Numbered from the whole stretch's first letter, positions 12,436-23,900 are shown. The stretch is DNA of 54,287 nt, filler included, from Bipalium vagum (GCA_037834085.1; 3 parts of 3 records of this genome joined end to end with filler, not necessarily neighbours in it), one strand, 5' to 3'. The notes: generated by a model not told the origin, from the letters alone. Translations and numbers: made by a program.

Positions 12436-15400
12436 TTACCTTGACTTAATATTTTTCAAAAACAAATATTTTTTTTCATACGATCTCATCACCAAGTATG
12501 TTGTCATTTCTCCTTTTCCCTTCACGCTAACTAATCCATGGTATTTAAACTCAAAATAGACACTTAATTTTTCAGCCACATAATCTGGAACTTGTATACA
12601 ACTACCATGAGGAGACGTACTGTACATGCGACTAGCAACGTTCACTGTATCTCCCCAGATGTCATATAAAGGCTTTGTGGTGCCAATTATGCCCGCAGTA
12701 ATTGGACCAAAGTTATAGCCAATTTTAAGATAAAATGTGTTGGTACCAACTATGTATTGTTCGTTAAACAAGCGCAATTGGTGATGCATATCTAAAGCAA
12801 AGAGCATTAGAGATTTTAGATGATCATCAGATTCGGTATCGTCTTTTATTGAGGAATTCAGTCCAGATGCCAACATATAGCAGTCGTTGATGGTTTTAAT
12901 CTTCTCCAATTGAGAATAAATTGGCTTGCGCAATAAATTATCAAATATACATACAATCGAATGTAATAATTTTAGAGCTGCCACTCCCTTTTTGTAATCT
13001 TCTCTATAATATGATGAAAAGAAATTACTGATACAGGCAAATACTACTCCTGCTTTGAGAAAAGTGTGAGCATAAGAGAAACTCAAGTCTTTCTTGTTGT
13101 ACCATTTATTACCAACAATTTCGGAAAAAACTTGCTTAGGAATGATATTATAAAGAATACTTTCAGCAATCTTCTTTTCTCGAATTGCTTCAGCATTTCT
13201 GATGTTAGCTTCTCTGGTAGCATAAAAGTTTATGCGGGTATTTTTCTCATTTTCTCTGGTCAAATAATAAATAAACAGACTGACCTGAATGAATTGAAAA
13301 AGAACTTGATATCGAATCCTTGCCTTTATCATTTCAATGTTATTTCTTAAGTATATGGAACAATTACTAAAGAAAACCCTTTGTTTAAAACTATGATATT
13401 CGGAAGTATCTACTATAAAATAAATGGAAATACATGTATAAATGATTGTCGTGACATGTTTTAGTAAGCTGCAACACGTTGTCGAAATACAATTTCCAAT
13501 CAATGCAAATATGGTTATGCTAAAGTAGGCCGCAGCATATGCGTAGTTTTTGCTCATCAAATCCCTATCGAAAAATGTAAACGTTAAAAGACTGGGCAAC
13601 GATGACATGTAGATACTTAAGAACCCCCTTAACAGGGGATAACTCCAGAAACCATAAAAATATCTACAGAAAGAATTATTGATCTCGTTTTTATAAATCA
13701 ACGAAATGAACAATACTATTAAAGTAAATACATATCCACTGATGTATAAGATTGGACAGTAAATGGGAAATCTAAAATTCTGAGGAATTAGAATATATGC
13801 CGATATCAGAATAATAGTGGAAAATATCAGACTAGCTATGGAATCAATTAACAGAGCAATTTTAATTGAATAAATATGGAGCTTTTCCACTTGATCTGTT
13901 GTATGGAAAAGATAATTGTATTCTATTTCTTTGTCAGTGAACATCAATGTGATCTTGCTCATGGGTGGATTATAGAAGAACTCCACAACTTGCTCTTTGT
14001 CTTGTTGAAAGGATCGAATTATGTTTAAGTCCATTTTAATCCTTCTGTCCATCTTCTCAAAATTTGTTATAGGCTCATTCACTGTCTTAGGTTTTGTACT
14101 TTCAGTAATTGTAAAATTTTCATTTGATATATTGTGCATTTCGTTGATAAAGCTGAACTTTTTCGAAGGAGATCTCTTTTTCATTACAACGTTTTGTATT
14201 ACAAAGTATGTCTGTATAGGAATAGTTTTTTGGACCATTCCCGAAATTCCGTGCACTTTTTCTTTTTTGATTTCCAGCATTTCTCCTGTATCAAATTTGT
14301 ATGCATGACGTACTAGTACATATGTATCTTCTGAAATGTGTACTCTTCCAGGCTTACCACTTGATTCTAATAAATTGGCAATGATAACATCATATGAAAA
14401 TACGTCAAATCGAAATCGGTGATTTCCTATTATTGCTGCTATTACTCTTCCGCTATGGATTCCGATTCTCATATTCACTCTTTCATTGTGATCTCGATTG
14501 AATTTCAGAATCAGTCTGCACATTCCCAATCCCATTTCCACACAATTCATGGCATGGTCCAAACGAGGAGTGGGACATCCGGACACACAATAATAGCAAT
14601 CTCCCAATGTTCCGATTTTCTCACAATTAGTTTCCTTTCCTTTTTGGTCAAATCGGTTGTACAAATCATTCAAGAGAAAAACGAGCTGAGAAGCCGTTTT
14701 ATTTGAGCTCATTGCCGTAAATCCAACAATATCACCAAACAAAATGCTGACATTGTCAAAATTCTTAAAATAAAACAAATTGAATGCATCATTATTTCTG
14801 ATCTGTTTCAGAAATTGCTCTTTTACAGAATTAGGCATGCATGCCTCGATCCAATAGATTTGAACCTGAATAGCAGATTTCATTTTCATCTTGGCAACTG
14901 CATTTTGGGCTAACTTCAGAAAGGCCGACTTTCTTCGAATGGAATTGAAAAACCGTAAATATAGCCCAGTTAAATATGCTAATAAAAACAAAATAGTTTG
15001 TCCACATGTAAAGTAAAAACCATCTTTCATGTCTATTGGAAAAGCTCGAATATTCTCCAGATTTGGCTCCCTGTAATAGGTGAAGTTTATTTTTTCTATA
15101 TAATGGATTCGATAAGTCCCAATAGCAACGAAAATTATTATGTAAAGCAGACCCAACAGCAAGGTTATTAGGAATTTCAATCGAAACAATGTAAACATCA
15201 ATAATATAATGATGATGGTTAGAGAATAATGGATTTCCATTAATTCCAAACTATCATTACTGATAAGGACAGTATATATCATGCCGATCAAGACCATGAT
15301 CGATGCAAAATTCAACATAACACTCGTTTCATTGATTTTCATTGTTGTGACAAAAATTATAAAATAAATACAAAAGAGAATGAGTGCCAGTATTGGTCGA

Positions 15401-15588
15401 ACAATGACCCCTCTCTGAGACATGTGGGATGAAACTACTTCACAACAGCAATAATATATTAAAATTTTCATCCCATTTCTGATAGATTTAATATTTTGAT
15501 TTGTCATCAGGACATAAAAGTATTCACTTAATACTGCCGATCTTAGGCTCATAACCTTTCCTATTTGATCCAATAATAATTTAAGCAT
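12436..15588 (-). CDS. ADCY9: Transmembrane adenylyl cyclase, ADCY9-like, intronless; catalytic residues intact
   Basis: 1050-aa ORF. C1: SILFGDIVGFTAMSS, KIGTLGDCYYCVSGCP, GRVHIS. C2: KIKTI, YDIWGDTVNVASRM, VKGKGEMTTY. Two hydrophobic multi-TM blocks. Confidence 0.95.
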   Translation of the reverse strand: MLKLLLDQIGKVMSLRSAVLSEYFYVLMTNQNIKSIRNGMKILIYYCCCEVVSSHMSQRGVIVRPILALILFCIYFIIFVTTMKINETSVMLNFASIMVLIGMIYTVLISNDSLELMEIHYSLTIIIILLMFTLFRLKFLITLLLGLLYIIIFVAIGTYRIHYIEKINFTYYREPNLENIRAFPIDMKDGFYFTCGQTILFLLAYLTGLYLRFFNSIRRKSAFLKLAQNAVAKMKMKSAIQVQIYWIEACMPNSVKEQFLKQIRNNDAFNLFYFKNFDNVSILFGDIVGFTAMSSNKTASQLVFLLNDLYNRFDQKGKETNCEKIGTLGDCYYCVSGCPTPRLDHAMNCVEMGLGMCRLILKFNRDHNERVNMRIGIHSGRVIAAIIGNHRFRFDVFSYDVIIANLLESSGKPGRVHISEDTYVLVRHAYKFDTGEMLEIKKEKVHGISGMVQKTIPIQTYFVIQNVVMKKRSPSKKFSFINEMHNISNENFTITESTKPKTVNEPITNFEKMDRRIKMDLNIIRSFQQDKEQVVEFFYNPPMSKITLMFTDKEIEYNYLFHTTDQVEKLHIYSIKIALLIDSIASLIFSTIILISAYILIPQNFRFPIYCPILYISGYVFTLIVLFISLIYKNEINNSFCRYFYGFWSYPLLRGFLSIYMSSLPSLLTFTFFDRDLMSKNYAYAAAYFSITIFALIGNCISTTCCSLLKHVTTIIYTCISIYFIVDTSEYHSFKQRVFFSNCSIYLRNNIEMIKARIRYQVLFQFIQVSLFIYYLTRENEKNTRINFYATREANIRNAEAIREKKIAESILYNIIPKQVFSEIVGNKWYNKKDLSFSYAHTFLKAGVVFACISNFFSSYYREDYKKGVAALKLLHSIVCIFDNLLRKPIYSQLEKIKTINDCYMLASGLNSSIKDDTESDDHLKSLMLFALDMHHQLRLFNEQYIVGTNTFYLKIGYNFGPITAGIIGTTKPLYDIWGDTVNVASRMYSTSPHGSCIQVPDYVAEKLSVYFEFKYHGLVSVKGKGEMTTYLVMRSYEKKYLFLKNIKSR

Positions 15589-16039
15589 ATCTTCTTTTAC
15601 AAGATTGATTGTTTGAAATAATCGATCTGATAGATCTGATTTTTGAAATAATTTATAAATTATAATTATTTTTTTTTCAGTTTATAATCTAAATGTTTTT
15701 AACGACATGTTCGACATTGTTGATTGTAATAAATAATTATTTATTTTTAACAATTGATATGTTGTTAAACTTTTATGTTATATTAGTTTTTTATTTGAAA
15801 TATTAAGCTCCTAAAAATGTGTTTGATGTAAGAGAAATGGTAACTTAACATAAAATAGGTTATCCAAAAGAAATGTGTACGTTAGAATAAAGTTTTACAA
15901 TATTTAAAATTAATTTAGTAAAGAATAATCAACTGTAGATTAACTCCAAATAATGTTGGTTTGGATATTTGACAAGATAAAGTAATTATATACAGGAAAG
16001 GAAAGATGAAAGAACATCACAAACATACAAAGATATCAC

Positions 16040-16510
16040 AGAATAGTCAGATCAGCAATGTTTTTCGAATTACAATAATCTAATAATTTCAGTCGTGTGT
16101 TCGATATGGCTGCCCTATGAGACTGGTTGAGGCATTGTTGATTTGATTCCCACTCAGTCCGAGTCTGTTGAGGGTGTGATCATTTTGAGGGTCCCATTCA
16201 ATTGTCACAGTCCATCATTGGTATTTTCTCCTCGACAGTTCGGCTAGATTCTGATATATCCTCTCATTGTTTCTCCTTGATGAGCATATATTTTCCCATT
16301 CATCGTACAGAGATTTAATATCCAGAAGAAAGATGTGTTTGCTTTTTCAGATTAGAGCTGAATATCAGGTCTGTCCTGGCTTTCAACATCTGGAAGTGAA
16401 CTGTTAACAAGAATTTTAAAGTTAACTTGTTGTAGGAATGGTATCAGAGTGTTCTGAATATTGTTATGCCGGCTATAGACTTTTTCATATTGCAGTGGTT
16501 GAACTGTAAA
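16040..16510 (-). mobile_element. 3' fragment of an RLE-type non-LTR retrotransposon (restriction-like endonuclease)
   Basis: Minus strand reads NHCNMKKSIARHNNIQNTL...QDRPDIQL...IFLLDIKSLYDE...WDPQNDHTLNRLGL: RHN, RPD..D and WDPxN motifs. Confidence 0.75.
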
Positions 16511-16572
16511 ACACTAATTTTTTTCAGAATAAAGAATAATCACTATATTGTCATTTATTGTTATTTTGTCTA

Positions 16573-16610
16573 GAATTTGGGACTGAATTGGGGACTGAAT
16601 TGGGGACCGG
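16573..16610. repeat. Short tandem repeat (GAATTGGGGACT-like unit, about 3 copies)
   Basis: gaatttgggact gaattggggact gaattggggacc read directly from the sequence. Confidence 0.8.
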
Positions 16611-17205
16611 GTCTGGTAGTCTCCACACTATATAATATTTTATTTATTATTTTTATAACCATATAATCTGACTAATAAAAAAAGAAAAATACTTTTTTGT
16701 TTCGGGTTCTTTCTTTTACGAAAAAAGCTAGAAATAAAATCATTTTTATACACTCAATAAGTGTCACATTGGATTAAGAATATTGAAATTTTGTACGGCG
16801 TGGGTCAAGGAGGCTCTACAAATATAATTCGGTTTATCTACAGATCTCTTAATCGACTTAGATATAAATTTTATTACCATTATGGTATTTTAGAAATTAG
16901 GTATATATATATTGAGTTGTTCAAAAAGTCAGTGCGTTTTTTTTGTAGTTTTGTTAATTTGAGATTTTTTACTTAATATACACCGCTATATATCAATATT
17001 TACAATTAATTGTTTATTTACATTAAAAATTAAAATGTAAGTACAGTTTGACCTTCATTTTTTAAACTTATCATGTTTTTATAGGNNNNNNNNNNNNNNN
17101 NNNNNNNNNNNNNNNNNNNNNNNNNNNNNTTAATTAATTAANNNNNNNNNNNNNNNNNNNNNNNNNNNNNNNNNNNNNNNNNNNNGTGGAGTTAAATCGG
17201 GAGAT

Positions 17206-17440
17206 CTTGCTGGCCAAGTTACTGTGGAACCACGACCAATCCATCTTTGAGGAAAGTGTTGAAATCTCGTACGCAGAGCGCAAAGTGTGGTGCTGCACCA
17301 TCTTGTTGAAAGTATAAGAGCGTAATTTTCGATGGCTCTTCAAGTATGGCACCAAAAGATCTTTCAGCATTGCTTTGTAATTGGCTCCAGTGACAGTTTC
17401 CAGAAATTAGAACGGGCCAATTATACCATTTTGTGACATT
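17206..17440 (-). mobile_element. Tc1/mariner-superfamily transposase fragment abutting a gap
   Basis: GIIGPF..TVTGANYKAML..TFQQDGAAPHFALRVRDF..TWPARSPDLTP, with frameshifts. Confidence 0.85.
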
Positions 17441-17938
17441 TTGTATTTTAAATCATTGGTTACCTTAATAATCAAATATATTTAATTCCTTTTCAGCAAA
17501 GAGACTCTTTTTAGAGGGATATTGTATTAGACAAGTGTTAAGGCTCACTGCTTCTGTAGCACCCTTTCAAAGCCTTTCAGAAAGCAATTTGTGAAAAATT
17601 ACGAACAAAAAGATGGAACATTTATTTTTTCTGAAAATATGAATTCAACATCTCTATCTAAAGGTATTGCAGTTGTATCGTTGGTCGATTATTGTACCTC
17701 CACTTGAATCTTTTATGTATTTCCGTCAACATCAAAACAAGAAATATGTGTAGACTCCAAAAACAATTGTTAAGTTCCTAAAAGGTTGAATGATTTTACA
17801 AGAACTGAACTAGGACTTTTAGGTTACTTAACAAAGTCTATGCTATCAGAAGGATTCACGGATGAACGTTTGGAACACTACTACTATTCACTGGCACAAA
17901 TAAAAACAAATCGATCACCAGAAAAATATAAACAAACA

Positions 17939-18011
17939 CAAATTGTAGCTCAGCAGTCAGAGCAGTGCATGCGCATGTGAAGGTCCCGGGTTCGAATCCC
18001 GGTATCAGTCA
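17939..18011 (+). pseudogene. tRNA-like sequence (tRNA pseudogene or SINE head)
   Basis: A-box-like TAGCTCAGCAGTCAGAGC and a perfect T-arm CCGGG-TTCGAAT-CCCGG (B box). The acceptor stem does not pair and the anticodon arm is irregular. Confidence 0.7.
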
Positions 18012-18379
18012 CAAAGCTAACAACATAAAAATAAAATTAAAATATTTATTAGAATCACGACACTTATGGATCAGTAAAGTTAATAAAATGTCATAAAAAT
18101 GTTTATTGTGGGATGCTCCACACAATCAATTCCATCAAGGTCAACAATCCCAACAAAACCAAAACCAAGATCAAAACCGTCAATTCCAAATTCTAAACAC
18201 TCAAATTGATGAAGACAATAAGTGATAAAAACAATATATGATCCAATGATTATAATAATAAATCTGATCCTTTAATTCCTTAATTATATGTAAAAAACTC
18301 CTCTTTTGTGAAAATGAATTTTATGTTACAAAATTTTTTTTATGTTGTATGATATGAATTTTATCTTACCAACTTTTAT

Positions 18380-19190
18380 TCAGAAATATTTGGATGGATT
18401 CCAGATAGAGAAAAAGAAGATCCAACTAAAGATAATAAAGAATATAATAGTAGACAAATATACTCATAAAATAAAATTTCTGGAAATTTTATATGAAAAT
18501 TAATGTTTTACTTTTTTATAATAAAAATATTTATAATATGCGATGAGAAATTACATTTACAAGAAAAATAGATATAAATAAAGAAATACTTTATAGACCA
18601 AAAGGAGATGCCAAAATAAAATACTTGATTTAAAACTATTTATTCCAGAATGAACTTTAAATTTTGTTAATAAAGTAAATTTAATAAGTAGAATAAAGGA
18701 TGTAAAATCTATTAATGTAAGTCTTTTGTAAAGACATTGTGAAGAAAGAAATCTTTCAGAAGGTACAACACTAGCTTTACAATTATATAATGTACCACAT
18801 AAACAAATTTATATATTTATATCTTTTAAAGAAACAGAATTTGGTTTTAACAAAAATAATATTTTGTTTATTCGGGATAAAATTAAAAGTTTAAGGTTAA
18901 CATAAAGTTAACATTACATTATCCTTTAAATCCTATACAATTTGCAAAAGGTAGAAATAATATTTATTCAAATTACGTACAGGCATGTAAATATTTTAAT
19001 AATAATCCTCAATTAGGTTTATTAGAATTTCAAAATTTATATTCAACATTTTGTGTTTTTTTAAAATATCAACCGGAAGATTTGTGTTTAAATGGTGCTA
19101 TAGTAACTTAACTATAGTAAAAGATACAGATTTTAAAGGAGTAATAAAAGTTATTTTGTTAAAAGAGAAATTTGGAGAAATAAAAATAAA
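18380..19190 (+). mobile_element. Putative Polinton/Maverick major capsid protein relic (frameshifted)
   Basis: Open segments RHCEERNLSEGTTLALQLYNVPHKQIYIFISFK...IKSLRL and HYPLNPIQF..IYSNYVQACKYFNNNPQLGLLEFQNLYSTFCVFLKYQPEDL resemble, by recalled pattern only, the C-terminal half of Polinton MCPs. Confidence 0.45.
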
Positions 19191-20970
19191 TAGTGGTAGA
19201 ATGTTTAATACTTAAACAAAGAAAAGGGGATTGAGAAAAAAATAAAATAGAGAAAGATGGTAAAGATTAACTTACGATTTTAAAAATTAGTAAAGATTGT
19301 CATTTATTTTTCATATTGCTTTATAAAATATTTTGCTTTAATTTATGAAATAACGTATTATGGTGTTTTTTTATCTATTGAGAAATATGAATATAAATGG
19401 AATCAAAATGATATAATGTTTGATTTTTTTTTAGAAAATCTAATAATTTTTAAACAAATGAAATAAATTATGCTATTATAGTACAATTGATAATGTAAGT
19501 TTTGCCATTCAACTTAAGTATTTCTAGCACGGCACAGGCGATGTAATTATTTCTGATTTTTAGCCTTCCTCCGAGGATTTTCCAGCTTGAAAAAAGAATT
19601 GACTTTAATAGAGGTGAATAGTCAGACCACTACAGAAGTTACAAGATGTTTAAAAGAATTTTTGGATTTTGGATGGACAAAGTGCTTTATAAAACGATAA
19701 TTAACTAAATTGAAAATAACAAATCTAATGTTTTTGAATCAATAGACTGCCGAGCGGTCATTATGAGCTCCTGCTTCTTTCAGACAAAGTTTCACCATGT
19801 ACAAAGATAGAATACTTAGGTATGTAAACTCCATTAATGTCACTGTCTCAAGTTTGATTTGGAAGACTAAGTGCATCATTGCGTTTGAAATACCAATTCT
19901 TTATCTTCAAACACTCTTCGTGGTCTACCATGCTCTTAGTCCATTATGTCGTAATCTCTATTCCTGAATCGGCAAGACCACTCTTAGCATTTAGCGAAGG
20001 AGCATATTTGTCTTAAACTTCTTCCAACAAAGGGAGTCTTTCTACACAGATTTTTCTTTGCAAAAAACTAATGCAGCATTACTTCCAGCAAAAGACGTTT
20101 ATTTGAAACAAAATTGACCATTTTGAATTTCTGAATTATTTAAATAAAGTTATATTTTTTTTGAATTTTTAATATATAATCTTACAAATAATATATGATA
20201 GCAACTTAATGTTTTATGTGAACCACAACGTTTAGCTCATTTTTGTAAAAGCCAGAATCATACTAATACATCTAATATAATTACAGGAGTTTCATTTTGG
20301 ATTTCAGTATTTTCATTTTGAATGTCATTAGTTTCATTTTAATCTATACATGGTATAGATTGACATATTTTTGATGTTATTAAAGAATTAGAATTATATC
20401 AGTAAAAATTTAAGAATAATCGTCCGGTTATGTAAGAAGTTCTATGTGGTGATAAATAAAAATGCTTCTCACGTACTGATCTAAGAACATTCCAATAATT
20501 TTCACGGTTATTATAGATTTTAAAAAGGAGTTAAAGTCGAACAATATTTTTAAAAGTTCTCTTCAAAATACAAATAAACATAGTGAAAATGTAGCGATGC
20601 TCCGCTATCAAGAAAGAGTAAAGTTTCAGTATATTAGTCTACCAAATAATTATATAGTATAAATCATTATATTAAATTATATAATATAAATCTTTATATC
20701 TGATATTGAAGTAAAACAAACATTTCAATATCGATAAAATTGAATTATTTACGAAATTATATAAGATAATGATTTTCAAAGTTAATATTTTTTATTTCTA
20801 ATACATTTATATATTTAAATATGTAAAGAAAAACAAATTATTTATTTGCCATGGAACAGTATAATGGAAGAGCCTTTAACTATTTAATGTTTTCAAAGAC
20901 TCTAATAAGAAACTAGAAATTCTTTTAAAAATAATATAATATATAAATAAAATTCATGCAAAATTACTTA

Positions 20971-21375
20971 TTATGAGAAAGAATAATTTTGTAATTTAAA
21001 AATCACATCATCAATATCTGGACGATCAAATGGATTTAGATCCCAGCAACTATTCATTATTTCCCAAATAGTGTCAGGAAACTTTTTCAACTTTTCAGGT
21101 TTCATCTGAATTGTTGATTCAAATTGATTTCTATCCCAGATAACTTGAGAAAATGGTCTGACACATATAGAATCTCGTGGATTCCCTCCTTTTCCTTCAA
21201 ACAGGTACCATAATATAATTCCAAATGCATACATATCGCTTTTTTTCGTAAATACACTATCCTGACATATTTCGGGAGCAATATGAATTTGTAGTCCAAT
21301 CTCGTAGGTTTTAGCAATCACTTCCGACTTACAATATCCATAGTCAGAAAGATATATCTTTTCGTTTTCGTCCAC
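20971..21375 (-). CDS. DSTYK: DSTYK-like kinase, exon 5 (C-lobe, stop)
   Basis: aaacag|GTG acceptor. VDENEKIYLSDYGYCKSE..IHIAPE..SDMYAFGIILWYLFEG matches DSTYK DLGFCKPE..IHMAPE..DVYAFGILFWY. Confidence 0.85.
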   Translation of the reverse strand: MDENEKIYLSDYGYCKSEVIAKTYEIGLQIHIAPEICQDSVFTKKSDMYAFGIILWYLFEGKGGNPRDSICVRPFSQVIWDRNQFESTIQMKPEKLKKFPDTIWEIMNSCWDLNPFDRPDIDDVIFKLQNYSFS

Positions 21376-21679
21376 CTGTTTTTCATTAATTAAAATAATC
21401 AGTGAAAATTGCATTCGTAAAGTAATAATGAAAATTTCACCAAAATTTTTCTTTTTATTAATTCAGAATACCTATGAAGAGGATGATATAAAAACATTGA
21501 TATTAACATTCGGTATACATTTATAAATATATTTGATATACTGCACAAGAAATATAAGATTAAGTTAAAATTAAAAGAAGTTTTTCTTTATCATAAAAGG
21601 GAATATTGTTTGATTTCAAATGTAGATTATTTAATATTATTTACTACTTTAATTATTTTGCATTAATTGTTTGGTTTAG

Positions 21680-22274
21680 TTTGACTATTTTCTCAAGTGC
21701 AAAAACCCAAAGGACTTCTGTGAAAAGTTAAAATAAGGCGACATTGGGTTTACGGACATTTGCTGTCTTCCGTGATAGTTCGAAGTCTTCTATTAAAAAG
21801 ATCAATTGTCATTTACTTTTTAAACATGCTTCAAACAAGTGATTTATGATATCAAGTTGGTATTTGTATTAAAGTTTTTGTTTACATAATTTATTCTATT
21901 TCACTGTTTATTCTTATTAATAGTAGTTGTCTGTATTTATTAATTGTTTCTAACCATAGTAATAAAGTAAATAATATATTATTTCAGTGATAAAATGTGT
22001 TATCTTTTCAGACGTTGTTTGAGACCTGTCACCATAAACTTTTCGCTAACTTAGCGTTCCTGTTTCTCTTTGTGATAGTAAAATAATAAAACATCTAAAA
22101 TTCATATTTTCGCCTTTCATCTCAAATTGTTGCTAATTCAGTGAAAATTAAAACAAATCGTAAATTTTTTACCAATTAATAGATCTATCTGCTGATGATT
22201 AATACATTAATAAAAACTTGTAAATAAATATCGGATCTCAGAAAAAAGTCACAATTTTTCCAACAACCTAATAG
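21680..22274 (-). mobile_element. Decayed mariner 5' fragment in kinase intron 4
   Basis: TIR-like CCAACAACCTAATA at 22261-22274. The coding remnant is weak. Confidence 0.45.
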
Positions 22275-22580
22275 TTAAATTTTGAAACAATGTACAGAAA
22301 ATAGAAAGAAATAATGTGAAATATTATTGAAAAATTGAGAAAAATGTAAAAATAAATTGATATTGAAAATTAATGATAAAAATGATGATAAATTAAAGAC
22401 CTTGAATCAAATCATTTGATTTGATATTAAATGTTTGATATCAGTAACTGAAAAAATGTACATTAATGTTTATGTATTATTTTTCATTATTGATCAGTCT
22501 GTTGAATTAATTTGTTGAATTGAATTTTTTTCCAATAATTATTTCCATTAGTCTCTATGCTAATATTTTTGCCTTCTTTT

Positions 22581-23540
22581 TTAGGTTGTCCGTAAAGACT
22601 GTACATAAAGTCAACATTTATTCAACAAAGAATTTTACAAAAAACGACATCATTCTTTAAAATACAAGCCATTTTTTTATGACAGCCGTCCATCTTTCTG
22701 CAGGAATTCAATTTGTCACCGATACTATTCCTTCTGTTAAGAGGTAAAGAACACCTGACATGCCTCGTTAAATTTATTGAACTGTCGACCACGTAAGAAA
22801 GTAGCCATGGAACGGGATAAGTCGTAATCTGATGGTGCGATACTCAGTCTGTACGCAGGATGCGTTAAAACTTCTATTTCCCCTAATTGAGCTATACGAG
22901 AGTGGTGTGCAGAGGCATTATAAAAGTAAAGTAAACGCCTTCTAGTTTCTAAAGCTGGATAACGATTGCTCAAAACGGTGTATACTCGATCAATTTGCCT
23001 AGCATAAAGACAGCCGTGTACAGGTCTGTCACTTGGAAAAAGTTCGAAGTGTATGATACCTTCGAAATTCAACCAAACACACAACATTATCTTGTGTCCG
23101 AAACCATCCCGTCAAACCTCTGGTAAAAGTTGTGTCCCTTGCTAAACCAATCGCCATCGGTTGCTAAGGATTACGCAGAAATATCCATTTTCATCGCACA
23201 ATTCTTTTTGAAAATCTAATGTAAACTTGTTTTTGAAGGAGCTAATTGCAAAATTCAATTCGTTTTTTTGCTTGCGCGACTGTCACTTGATGTGGATTTT
23301 GTCTTGGTCGCTTATATTCATAATTCAAGTGAATTAAATGTCCATAGACGGTTGACTTAATAATGGCAAGTGTTGTTGACAATTCTCTGCAACTTGACTG
23401 TGGTTTTTCTGTAAGGTGAACAATAATACCCATTTATCGAGATCTGATAGGATACTGGTGTCGCCTTCGATGAAGCACTTAAGCCAGACTGCTGTGGTAT
23501 TTTGATGGACTATATCTATACCTTCAGCTTCAACAATTTG
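22581..23540 (-). mobile_element. Mariner element relic in kinase intron 4
   Basis: RQNPHQVT (WVPH-like), CDENGYF, KIMLCVWLNFEGIIHFEL, YNASAH, THPAYRLSIAPSDYDL; TIR-like TTAGGTTGTCC at 22581. Confidence 0.9.
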
Positions 23541-23671
23541 TAAGAAAAAAGGACTTTTTATGAATTTGTGAAATAATATTTTTATTTATTTAATGATTAT
23601 AATATTTATAGTAATATTTATTTTTTAAAATAATATTTTAAACATGATCAATGTTTTCTTAATTCACTTAC

Positions 23672-23900
23672 CAATACATTGGACAATTTCAGATCTTTGT
23701 GTATTACCTCTTGATCATGCAGATACTTCAGGACGACCGCAATTTGTAATGATATATTTAACATACTTTTTAAATTAATAACATTAAAAGTCATGTATTT
23801 TCCAAGGTCCATCTCTTTTAATGGGCGGAAAATTCGTATTTCACTTTGATTAGATATCACAATACCTGTAATTGGCAGGAGGTTGATATGTGATAATTGC
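23672..23900 (-). CDS. DSTYK: DSTYK-like kinase, exon 4 (subdomains IV-VIb)
   Basis: tttcag|G acceptor, TTG|gtaagt donor; QLSHINLLPITGIV...LKYLHDQEVIHKDLKLSNVL. Confidence 0.88.

Noticed and set aside
9084-14706. Short plus-strand ORFs antisense to the cyclase genes (likewise those opposite the kinase and KASH exons)
   Set aside because: Shadow ORFs of real minus-strand coding sequence, with no independent evidence.
16573-16610. Repeat array considered as CRISPR-like
   Set aside because: Contiguous 12-bp tandem units without spacers, in a eukaryotic context.
17130-17141. TTAATTAATTAA palindrome between N runs (also 33430-33441)
   Set aside because: Identical 12-mer centred in two gaps, with stops in all six frames: an assembly linker, not biology.
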